20,000 nucleotides of DNA, from assembly GCF_002087085.1 (NCBI RefSeq), contig NZ_MWQY01000021.1, forward strand, positions 44,231 to 64,230, given 5' to 3'. Made by a program: the position numbers and the translations under genes. The notes beneath the pieces were generated by a model, which worked only from the letters and a program-made list of their open reading frames with translations, did not search any database and was not told the DNA's origin. Below, one piece after another: positions 9,574 through 17,023 of the stretch (within the stretch, counting starts at the first letter, position 1; every line of letters starts with the position of its first letter).

Positions 9574-10545
9574 TTACTGTGCCGCAATTGTTATTAACAG
9601 CATATCAGTATAAAAGCCTTCGGTGGCCATACCGAAATCCTCGATCTCCACGCCCACGTCGTAGCGATCTCCCCTGATGGTACTGGGTCCTCCCAGGGGT
9701 ACCACGGGCACATCCGTCCCGGAAGAGAGGTCGACCCCGCCGCCGGCCACCGACAGGGAATAGGGAACGCTGCTGGTATCGGTGGCGTCCTGAATCATCA
9801 TGACCCCGCTGTTCTGGGAGCGCATATAAACTGAATAGCCGCTGTTGGCTCGGACCATCAGGTCCGCGTGGCGCCTGCTGCCGGCATAGAGTTCGCCGAA
9901 ATCCAGGGTCAATTCAGTCCTGCTGGAATCGAAGCTTCCTCCAGAGGGTACCAGGGAGATATCCATAACCTGGTCCATTTGCGCGCTCATGCTCATGATG
10001 GCCGTGTCTTCAGGTCCTCCTCCACGGGGATTATCCGGCGTACCTGCCCACAATTCCAGACGGAGTTCCTCGGCGTACTGACCCGCCAGAGGGAACTGGT
10101 CGGGATCGAGAATCACGACAAAAGTCAGGTCCTTTGTGGTACCGCCTCCGGCTGCTGCTTCCGCATCGGAAAAACTGCCTGAGAGAACCTGGGACAGAGA
10201 GGGCCCGGCGCTCAGGTCCACCAGGATCCTGCGGTCCGCCGCATTATCGTACACCTGATAGTACATTATCCCCCCCGAGACCGGATCAAGAAGATAACGG
10301 TTGGCAAACTGTCCGCTTTGTCCGGTGGAAAAGGTAATGAAAAAGTCCGTCCCCTGGCCCTTGTGGTTGACCCGGATTGTTTCACTGATTATGACCTCCT
10401 GGTCAAGGAGAAACTGGGCATTGTTAATCTTTGGCGTTCTGCCCCTGAAGGACAGAGACCATAATCCCTCAGTCACGAAAAAGGAGACCGCCAGCATAGT
10501 CACAAGCATAAGGATGTGCCGTTTTAAATAACCGTCCATACCCAT
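9574..10545 (-). CDS. Two-domain minor pilin / tip adhesin of a chaperone-usher system (spore coat U/Csu-like)
   Basis: Signal peptide. Two pilin-like domains ending AGQYAEELRLELW and EGFYTDMLLITIAAQ; the C-terminal domain parallels the major subunit (ANSGYSV vs SNKRTGYTV). LDFG motif. SD AGGAGG. Confidence 0.72.
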   Translation of the reverse strand: MGMDGYLKRHILMLVTMLAVSFFVTEGLWSLSFRGRTPKINNAQFLLDQEVIISETIRVNHKGQGTDFFITFSTGQSGQFANRYLLDPVSGGIMYYQVYDNAADRRILVDLSAGPSLSQVLSGSFSDAEAAAGGGTTKDLTFVVILDPDQFPLAGQYAEELRLELWAGTPDNPRGGGPEDTAIMSMSAQMDQVMDISLVPSGGSFDSSRTELTLDFGELYAGSRRHADLMVRANSGYSVYMRSQNSGVMMIQDATDTSSVPYSLSVAGGGVDLSSGTDVPVVPLGGPSTIRGDRYDVGVEIEDFGMATEGFYTDMLLITIAAQ

Positions 10546-10561
10546 TTTTCGTTCCTCCTGT

Positions 10562-13066
10562 TCAGGGGCTGAGTTCTTTCCGTATCACCGGCAGAACCAG
10601 CGGTTCCAGGCTGACCCGACCCTCCGGACTTTCCGGTATGGAAAGCTCGATCTGGGCCCCGGTACTGGAAAAAAGGACCAGCAGGTATCGTCCTGCCTCT
10701 ATATCATGAAGCTGAAAAAAACCCTCTTCATCGGAAAAAAAGAGCTGCCGTTCATCCCCGGGAGAATCCAGGGGAATAAGCTCCCCTGCCTGCAGGGCAA
10801 TCGGCTCTGCCTGGAGTGTAAGCAGCCTCCCTGAGACAAACAGATTGTGGCGAAGGCGGACGGGAACGGTAATCCCGCTGCGGTAGGAGGGAACAAGCGT
10901 CACAATATCCTCCTTCAGAAGAACCTCCGGAGATGTATTGGGGAGCTCTATCTGCAGGGTTGCAGGGGTATAGGAGCTCAGCTCGCTGTAGGTAATAACA
11001 CCTCCCCTGCTCTCTTTTGTGCCGCCGCTTCCCCGGCTGTTGCGGACGCTCACAAGCTCATTCTGCAGTTCATCATCAGGTACCAGCATGATAAAACTGT
11101 CCTGCACCTGCCGGCTCAGCGCGAAATTTCCACCTGCAAAAAGGACGGCCCCGCCGAGACCGGCCCCCAGCCTATTGCTTGTGGTGTTGCTGCCGGTATC
11201 ATAATTTGTCCGGGACAGGGAATTGTTTATACTGGCTCGAAGAAAGGGCGCATCGTAGTGGAAGCCCATATCCGCGACAGTCTGATCAGCGGAGGCAGGC
11301 GGGTAGCCCTGAACCGATGCGGTATAAACCCATTGCTGAGGGTCCTCCGTATCCCGCCAGCTGAATCCCAGGCCCCCTTCTCCGGATTTAAGATCCTGGG
11401 AATACTGCAGGTTCTGTCCGGAATTATCGGGACTCAGGGAGAAGGCAAGATGCCCCCGCCACTCCCAGCCCTCCTGGGTATCGTGGTTCAGGGAAAAACT
11501 CAAAGACATGGAAGCACTGCGGCCGAAGCCCTTCAACAGGGTCAGGGAGCCTTGCAGACTGTCCGGGCTCTCTCCCCGTCCAAGGGCATAGGCTGTCATG
11601 ATACTCGCATATGCGGAAAAGGGCAGGACCTGGCCGATACTCGAGCTGAAACGCCAGATATAGTCCGACGGGGCCTCGCTGAGTACAGAGCTGCGGTAGG
11701 CATCGTCATAATACTCGACCTGGACCCCCAGACTCGGTATGCTGCGCCGGGACGGAAAGGCAACGCGATACTGAAGACGGGAATGTATCCCGGGATCCCG
11801 GTCCAACCCGGCGGAAGCTCCAAAGCCGAGACCCAGATTGCCGAACGGGAGGGCTGAAACCAGGGAGAGATTGCCGATATATGTATCCCGGTCTATCTGC
11901 AGAGCTGTTCCCCCGGTAAGCCGGGGAAGCAGTCCGTAGGAAAAAAAACCCGCCGCCAGGGGATCGGAAAATTCATGCTGAGGGGTTCCTCCGCTTACTG
12001 CGAAGGAGTATTCCTGCTGCCGGAGCAGACCGGAATCAAAGGGAACGATGGTTTCGATGGTCCGCTCCCTGCCGTCCTGTTCGGTAATAACGATCCTGAT
12101 TTCGTTGAGACCGCCCACGTAGGGAAAATCCAGCAGATTATGTACCCCCGCGTCGAGGCGCTCGGTTTTCAGAAGGCGGCCGTTGAGATAGATGGAGACC
12201 TCCGCCGGCTGTTCAAGGAGAAGTTCCCGGGAGAGGGAGCGGTAGGGGCTGGCGATATCGGAGAGGGCTTTTTCCGTACCGATGCCAACTCCATCCAGAG
12301 GGACCGAGGGAATAGATGCATAGGAGGGACTGTCCAGGGTTCCTGCGGCAAGACGCAGTCCGTTCTCCGGGAAATCCCGGATCAGCCGCAGGGAATCCAG
12401 TTCCACCTCTTTTTCCGGATAGCTGGTCATGTTGACTCCCCCGGTAAGAACCCATCGCCGGAACTGCAGATTAGGAAACAGATTCAGCTGGAGGGGAACA
12501 TCGTATACGGCCTCCTCCCCATCGGCCCGGTACAGGAGTTCCGCTTTGCTGTAGTAGTTCATGTATGCGCTGTAGGGGTCGGCAGAAATATCCGCCGGAT
12601 CGATATGCTGCGGGGCATGCCGCAGTCTGAGGTCTCTGCTCCGGCGCAGTTCGGGGGGAGTGAGGATCTCGACCTGCAGCATGGAAGAATCGTACCAGGC
12701 ATCGAAACCGTACGAAACCAGATCCTCGAGCCTGACAGAGTCCCCCCCGAAGCTCTCCCGGATGCCGCTGATGCCCTCCGGAGAAAGCCCCGGTTCCAGA
12801 AGTTCAAAAAGGGCTTCCCGGGGCAGATGGACCTCGTTATCAGCCGTGATATGCGCCGAGAGCTCGCCGGAGAATTCTCCGTCTATTCGAATCAAAAGAA
12901 GGATCTCCGCATCCTCCTGCGCCGGGGCCTCTGCTGTGTCACCAAAGGCCTGCATGAAGATCTCTGCAGCCGGGTCCGGAGCATCCTGTCCGCTTATCCG
13001 CATGGCCAGGAGAAAGAGTATGGAGATGCCGGTACTAATTCTCCGAATCATAGCTGAGTTCGACAT
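10562..13066 (-). CDS. Fimbrial outer-membrane usher (FimD/PapC/CsuD-like)
   Basis: About 830 aa with signal peptide. Plug-like EVSIYLNG...LDAGVHNLLDFP...GLNEIRIV, beta-strand-rich core, GGAVLFAGGNFALSRQV and LSSY patterns, C-terminal FSDEEGFFQL. Start uncertain (13084, 13066 or 13051); overlaps the chaperone stop. Confidence 0.85.
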   Translation of the reverse strand: MSNSAMIRRISTGISILFLLAMRISGQDAPDPAAEIFMQAFGDTAEAPAQEDAEILLLIRIDGEFSGELSAHITADNEVHLPREALFELLEPGLSPEGISGIRESFGGDSVRLEDLVSYGFDAWYDSSMLQVEILTPPELRRSRDLRLRHAPQHIDPADISADPYSAYMNYYSKAELLYRADGEEAVYDVPLQLNLFPNLQFRRWVLTGGVNMTSYPEKEVELDSLRLIRDFPENGLRLAAGTLDSPSYASIPSVPLDGVGIGTEKALSDIASPYRSLSRELLLEQPAEVSIYLNGRLLKTERLDAGVHNLLDFPYVGGLNEIRIVITEQDGRERTIETIVPFDSGLLRQQEYSFAVSGGTPQHEFSDPLAAGFFSYGLLPRLTGGTALQIDRDTYIGNLSLVSALPFGNLGLGFGASAGLDRDPGIHSRLQYRVAFPSRRSIPSLGVQVEYYDDAYRSSVLSEAPSDYIWRFSSSIGQVLPFSAYASIMTAYALGRGESPDSLQGSLTLLKGFGRSASMSLSFSLNHDTQEGWEWRGHLAFSLSPDNSGQNLQYSQDLKSGEGGLGFSWRDTEDPQQWVYTASVQGYPPASADQTVADMGFHYDAPFLRASINNSLSRTNYDTGSNTTSNRLGAGLGGAVLFAGGNFALSRQVQDSFIMLVPDDELQNELVSVRNSRGSGGTKESRGGVITYSELSSYTPATLQIELPNTSPEVLLKEDIVTLVPSYRSGITVPVRLRHNLFVSGRLLTLQAEPIALQAGELIPLDSPGDERQLFFSDEEGFFQLHDIEAGRYLLVLFSSTGAQIELSIPESPEGRVSLEPLVLPVIRKELSP

Positions 13067-13778
13067 CCAGAGGCCCTTTCTCAAAACCTTCCGGAATTTT
13101 CAGTCTGACTGTTCTTGTTCCACCGGCAAGGAGATTCTCTCCGTTTATACCGCCCAGAAGCTCGGGGGGATACTCAAGGAGAACAGCCCCATTGACTGCA
13201 CTGCGGATGCTAATATTCAGGTCGTTCAGGATACTGTGTTTATTTCCCCGGTTATGCAGGCTTATCTCAAGGGTTTCAGACCCCTCTCCGCCGCTGATCT
13301 CTGCTTTCTGAACCACCACGTCGGCGGAAGCTTCGGGGGGGCATATATAAATGGCGCCGAGATAGCGGAAAAGAATCTGTATTCCGCTGTCCGTGGCGGC
13401 TTCTCCGCCAAAATCCACCGGAACCTGTTCTATCAGTATACGGTAGGCCTGTTCGCTGGATATATCCGCCGGTCCTTTCCACTGAACCCGTACGGTCTGC
13501 ACCGATTCAGGCTTCAGCACTACCTGCCGGGGGTAGACGGTAAAAAGCTCATCTGCAGCTTCCCGGGCCTCCTGACCGTCACTGTCGATTCTTCGTGTAA
13601 ACATGCTGATACGAATAGCTATATAGTCCTGGCCATCGTTTTTCAGACGGAAACTCTGGGTCGCCCCGCGTCCCGAAGGGGTAAAGCTGCGGGATATTGG
13701 TTCAAAAGAGAAGGACCAGAGTCCTGCGAGCACCAGAGTATTCAGAAACAGGAAAACCAGTATCTTTTTAGCCTTCAT
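13035..13778 (-). CDS. Periplasmic pilus assembly chaperone (PapD/CsuC-like)
   Basis: Signal peptide; VYPRQVVLKPESVQTVRV, EQAYRILIEQVP and LHNRGNKH patterns of PapD_N-type chaperones. SD-like GAAGGGGG before ATG 13778. Confidence 0.88.
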   Translation of the reverse strand: MKAKKILVFLFLNTLVLAGLWSFSFEPISRSFTPSGRGATQSFRLKNDGQDYIAIRISMFTRRIDSDGQEAREAADELFTVYPRQVVLKPESVQTVRVQWKGPADISSEQAYRILIEQVPVDFGGEAATDSGIQILFRYLGAIYICPPEASADVVVQKAEISGGEGSETLEISLHNRGNKHSILNDLNISIRSAVNGAVLLEYPPELLGGINGENLLAGGTRTVRLKIPEGFEKGPLDVELSYDSEN

Positions 13779-13835
13779 CAGGACCCCCTTCATCTTCTTC
13801 TACACCATCTATAATATCGGATTCTTCCGTTCAAC

Positions 13836-13867
13836 AAAAAAGCCGCCCAGGCTAAACGGACGGCTTT
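13836..13867 (-). terminator. Intrinsic terminator/attenuator after the major pilin gene
   Basis: Minus strand AAAGCCGTCC-loop-GGCGGCTTTTTT: GC-rich imperfect stem followed by a U-tract. Confidence 0.7.
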
Positions 13868-13908
13868 GCGGCATCAGCTGCAGACCTGGTATTTCAGGCC
13901 ACCCTGCT

Positions 13909-14403
13909 CTACTTTGCCGCAATGGTGAAGGTCAGGGTGTCGCTGTAGGTGCCTTCATAGGGGAAATCGGTGGCTCCATTGTAGCTTATGGCCACATCGT
14001 TGGCCGCTCCGCTTCCGGGGGACTTGGTACTGACATCGGAGATGACCGCTGATCCGCTGCTGAGAGTAATTCCAGATCCTCCGTAGCTGATGCTGTAGTT
14101 CAGGCTTGCAGTGCCGGTGGTGTCCACAAATTGGGGGGTATCGCTGCCGGCGGCCATGGCGTTGCTCGATTCCAGGGTTACGGTATAACCGGTCCGTTTG
14201 TTGCTGCGCTCGATTACCGTGGCGACCTTGACGCCCGAGGCGTCTATGGAAAGATCAAGGGCATCGCTTCCGGGTTCGGCATTCACTGTAATTTCAAGAA
14301 TCTCGGGTACGCTTCCCTGAAGGAACAGGGTACCGCTTGTCTGGGCACTTACTACAACGGTAAGAACAGCAAGAACGGCTGTTACAATAATCAATTTCTT
14401 CAT
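13909..14403 (-). CDS. Major pilin-like subunit of a chaperone-usher system
   Basis: 164 aa; signal peptide ending VVSA; alternating N-terminal strand SGTLFLQGSV; C-terminal GTYSDTLTFTI motif. First gene of the operon, SD AGGAGG at 14409-14414. Confidence 0.8.
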   Translation of the reverse strand: MKKLIIVTAVLAVLTVVVSAQTSGTLFLQGSVPEILEITVNAEPGSDALDLSIDASGVKVATVIERSNKRTGYTVTLESSNAMAAGSDTPQFVDTTGTASLNYSISYGGSGITLSSGSAVISDVSTKSPGSGAANDVAISYNGATDFPYEGTYSDTLTFTIAAK

Positions 14404-14441
14404 ATAATCCTCCTGACCCTTTCGGGTTTCACTAACAGTAA

Positions 14442-14458
14442 TGCAATTTATGTGCCAA
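14442..14458 (-). promoter_or_regulatory. Sigma-54 (-24/-12) promoter of the pilus operon
   Basis: Minus strand TTGGCAC-ATAAA-TTGCA matches the RpoN consensus TGGCAC-N5-TTGCW exactly. Predicted +1 near 14431. Confidence 0.88.
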
Positions 14459-14485
14459 CTTCACCGAACAAAAAAAGGAACCAAC

Positions 14486-14511
14486 ATAAATATTTATATT
14501 ACAATTACTTA
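14486..14511. promoter_or_regulatory. AT-rich IHF-like bending site
   Basis: ATAAATATTTATA-TTACAATTACTTA partly matches WATCAANNNNTTR and lies between the sigma-54 promoter and the candidate enhancer. Confidence 0.45.
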
Positions 14512-14565
14512 CGCGCATACCGTCTTCACGTATCTTCTTTTCTTATACCAGATATCTCCAGAAGC

Positions 14566-16047
14566 TCAATCCTGAATTCCCCGGTCTCGACGGTCATGAC
14601 GAGGCAGCTCGACATTTGCGTCGAGACCGCTGCCGGACGCTTCCTGGTCGGGAGAATTATGGATTCCCAGGATTTCAAGGCGTGACCGCAGCCTGCGTTC
14701 GCTGATTTTCAGTCTCCGGGCCGCCTCGCTCTGGTTACCCTTTGCTTCCTTCAGGGCGCAGCTGATCAGCTGCTTTTCGAAGCTGTTCATCTTCTCCTGA
14801 TAGTCGGTTCCGGTGGCTGAATCGCAGAGCTGATGAATCTCGTCCTCAAAGGATGTTTTGACTCCTGCACTTTCCAGATCCCGAAGACTTATATGCGTAC
14901 CCCGGGCCATAATGATTCCCCGCTCTATCATGTTCTCGAGTTCCCGCACATTACCGTGAAAAGGCAGTCTCATAAGAAGATCCAGGGCCTCCCGGGTGAT
15001 CCCCTGTATGGAACGATTGTTCTTCAGATTGAAAATCCGGATAAAATGCTCAACCAGGGGGGGGATATCCTCTTTCCTGGCCCTCAGGGGCGGGATGGTT
15101 ACATTCACGACATTGAGACGCCAGTACAGATCCGTCCTGAAGCTTCCTTCCGCCACCAGTCCTTCCAGATCCCGGTTGGTGGCAGCAATTATGCGCACAT
15201 TGAGCTGGCGGGTATGGTTTTCTCCCAGACGCTGGATCTGGCCGAACTGAATTGCCCGGAGCAGCTTTACCTGTATGGAGGGGGGAATGTCTCCGACCTC
15301 ATCAATAAAGAGGGAGCCTCCGTCGGCCTCCTCGAATCTGCCGGCACGGTCCTGATCCGCCCCGGTAAAAGAGCCCTTCGCATGGCCGAAGAGTTCACTC
15401 TCCATGAGGGACTCCGGCAGGGCCGCAATGTTTACCGTGACAAAGGGCTGTTCCTTCCGCAGGCTGGATTTGTGGATAAGCCGCGCCATGAGTTCTTTTC
15501 CCGTACCGCTTTCTCCGGTGATCAGTATAATTGCGTCGCTCCGGGCTGAACGGGATACGAGGTTAAGAACCTGCTGCATTGCCCTGCTCTGAAACACAAC
15601 CATGGAAAGGCCGTCAAAACTCTCCTCGATCTCCCGCTGTACTATCTGATTTTCCCGGACAACACAGCTCTTTTCAAAAATCCGGACAATGAGATGCTCG
15701 ATCTCATCTTTTCTGGTGGGCTTTACCAGGTAATCGTCTCCGCCGTTCTGCAGGATGTGAACTGCATCCCGGGCATCTTCAAAAGCGGTCATTACCACGA
15801 CACTGACAAGGGGGTTATCGGCCTTGATGCGCTTAAGAACCTCCAGACCGTTAATATCGGGAAGCCGGTAGTCCGTCAGAACAAGGTCCACGCTGCGGCT
15901 TTTTACTGTTTCCAGCCCCTGGGTACCGGTTTCGGCGCTCAGATATTCTATGGAGGGAAACTCGATTTTTTCGCAAATTACCCTGAGCAGCTCCAGCTGT
16001 GTCGCATCGTCATCAACAGCCAGAAGAGTGAACTGTGGGTTTTCCAT
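14566..16047 (-). CDS. NtrC-family sigma-54-dependent response regulator (REC-AAA+-Fis HTH)
   Basis: Receiver (VDDD, LTDYRLP, MTAF, KP), Walker A GESGTGKE, ESELFGHAKGSFTGA, Walker B FIDEVGD, FRTDLYWRL, GNVREL, HTH GNQSEAARRLKISER. Confidence 0.95.
   Translation of the reverse strand: MENPQFTLLAVDDDATQLELLRVICEKIEFPSIEYLSAETGTQGLETVKSRSVDLVLTDYRLPDINGLEVLKRIKADNPLVSVVVMTAFEDARDAVHILQNGGDDYLVKPTRKDEIEHLIVRIFEKSCVVRENQIVQREIEESFDGLSMVVFQSRAMQQVLNLVSRSARSDAIILITGESGTGKELMARLIHKSSLRKEQPFVTVNIAALPESLMESELFGHAKGSFTGADQDRAGRFEEADGGSLFIDEVGDIPPSIQVKLLRAIQFGQIQRLGENHTRQLNVRIIAATNRDLEGLVAEGSFRTDLYWRLNVVNVTIPPLRARKEDIPPLVEHFIRIFNLKNNRSIQGITREALDLLMRLPFHGNVRELENMIERGIIMARGTHISLRDLESAGVKTSFEDEIHQLCDSATGTDYQEKMNSFEKQLISCALKEAKGNQSEAARRLKISERRLRSRLEILGIHNSPDQEASGSGLDANVELPRHDRRDRGIQD
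14582..14629. promoter_or_regulatory. Candidate upstream activator sequence: tandem palindromes
   Basis: CTCGAC-N6-GACGAG (14586-14603) and CTCGAC-N6-GTCGAG (14608-14625), 22 bp apart. The outer arms form a perfect 11-bp inverted repeat, CGGTCTCGACG/CGTCGAGACCG. Confidence 0.6.
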
Positions 16048-16082
16048 ATATAGTTTATCGGCATTAAAGGGGAATACCCCAA

Positions 16083-16934
16083 TTACTGGGTATTTATATA
16101 GAGAATTGATTCGTGCTCGGGGCTCTGCCCGATAAGCTGACGGTAGAGATTGCGATAGTTTTTTGGGGAGCGTCCGGTATATTTCTTGAAAACCCGGGAA
16201 AAGTGGAACTCCGAGTTGAACTGAAGTCGCTCGGCGATCTGGTAGATATACATGTCACTGGAAATCAGCATACTGGTGGCGGCTTCGATGCGCAATTTGG
16301 TCAGGTATTTCATGGGAGTGGTCTTGAGCTTATGCCTGAACAGACGGATAAGATGCTCCTCGGATATCCGCAGACGTCCTGCCAGGCTCTTCAGACTCGT
16401 ACGTTTAAAAACAGAGTTCTGCATATGCATAAGGGCCTTTTCTATATGGATATTCTCCGTGTTCCCCTGCCGAAGGCTGCTGTCACCGCCCATAAGCAGG
16501 TATATAAAGGAGACAAGCTGATGTACGGCAGACATCTGCATATAGGCCGCCGCGGAAAGAGCTTTTTCCCTCAACTCCTCAAAGAAAAAGCGATAGGTGT
16601 TCCCTATCCTGTAGCAGCGCTGCCAGTTCAGATCCTGTTCCAGAAGTGAGCGAAGCTCACCGTCTTCGTCGTCAACCTGGAGCAGAAGGGCATAATAGGA
16701 GATCGGGTCTTCCGTATCGCTGGCTTCGATACGGTGCCGTACCCCCGGAGGGGAGATAAACAGGGAGCCCGGCTCAAGAATGAACCTCTGGTTGCCGTTC
16801 AGAAACCTTCCCTGGCCGCCCAGGAAATAGTGAACCTCGTATTCATCCGATCCATGGTAGTGAAAGCGGCTGTGCCACTGCATCTCATCGGGCTCCCTGA
16901 GATGATAGACAAAGACCGCTTCTTTTATAGTCAT
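16083..16934 (-). CDS. AraC-family transcriptional regulator, probable xylose regulator
   Basis: Cupin N-terminus (HSRFHYH...YEVHYF) and C-terminal double HTH (IAERLQFNSEFHFSRVFKKYTGRSP). Divergent from xylBA. Confidence 0.9.
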   Translation of the reverse strand: MTIKEAVFVYHLREPDEMQWHSRFHYHGSDEYEVHYFLGGQGRFLNGNQRFILEPGSLFISPPGVRHRIEASDTEDPISYYALLLQVDDEDGELRSLLEQDLNWQRCYRIGNTYRFFFEELREKALSAAAYMQMSAVHQLVSFIYLLMGGDSSLRQGNTENIHIEKALMHMQNSVFKRTSLKSLAGRLRISEEHLIRLFRHKLKTTPMKYLTKLRIEAATSMLISSDMYIYQIAERLQFNSEFHFSRVFKKYTGRSPKNYRNLYRQLIGQSPEHESILYINTQ

Positions 16935-16935
16935 A

Positions 16936-16972
16936 TATCAATTTTATGCATGTTTTATCACTCCTGTCCATG
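16936..16972 (+). promoter_or_regulatory. Direct repeats, candidate AraC-type operator
   Basis: TATCAattttATGCATG and TATCActcctGTCCATG with a 20-bp period, upstream of a -10-like GATACT (16994-16999). Confidence 0.5.
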
Positions 16973-17023
16973 GGTTTTCTGCATCTCCGGGCTGATACTT
17001 TAAACAGTGACGGAGGAAAATTT

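Noticed and set aside
10847..13814. Plus-strand ORFs of 336, 360 and 384 aa
   Set aside because: Antisense to the usher and chaperone genes, with no recognizable domains.
9560..14565. Pilus operon as a recently acquired mobile island
   Set aside because: No integrase, transposase, tRNA site or flanking direct repeats were seen, and composition looks similar to neighbouring genes by eye (not computed).
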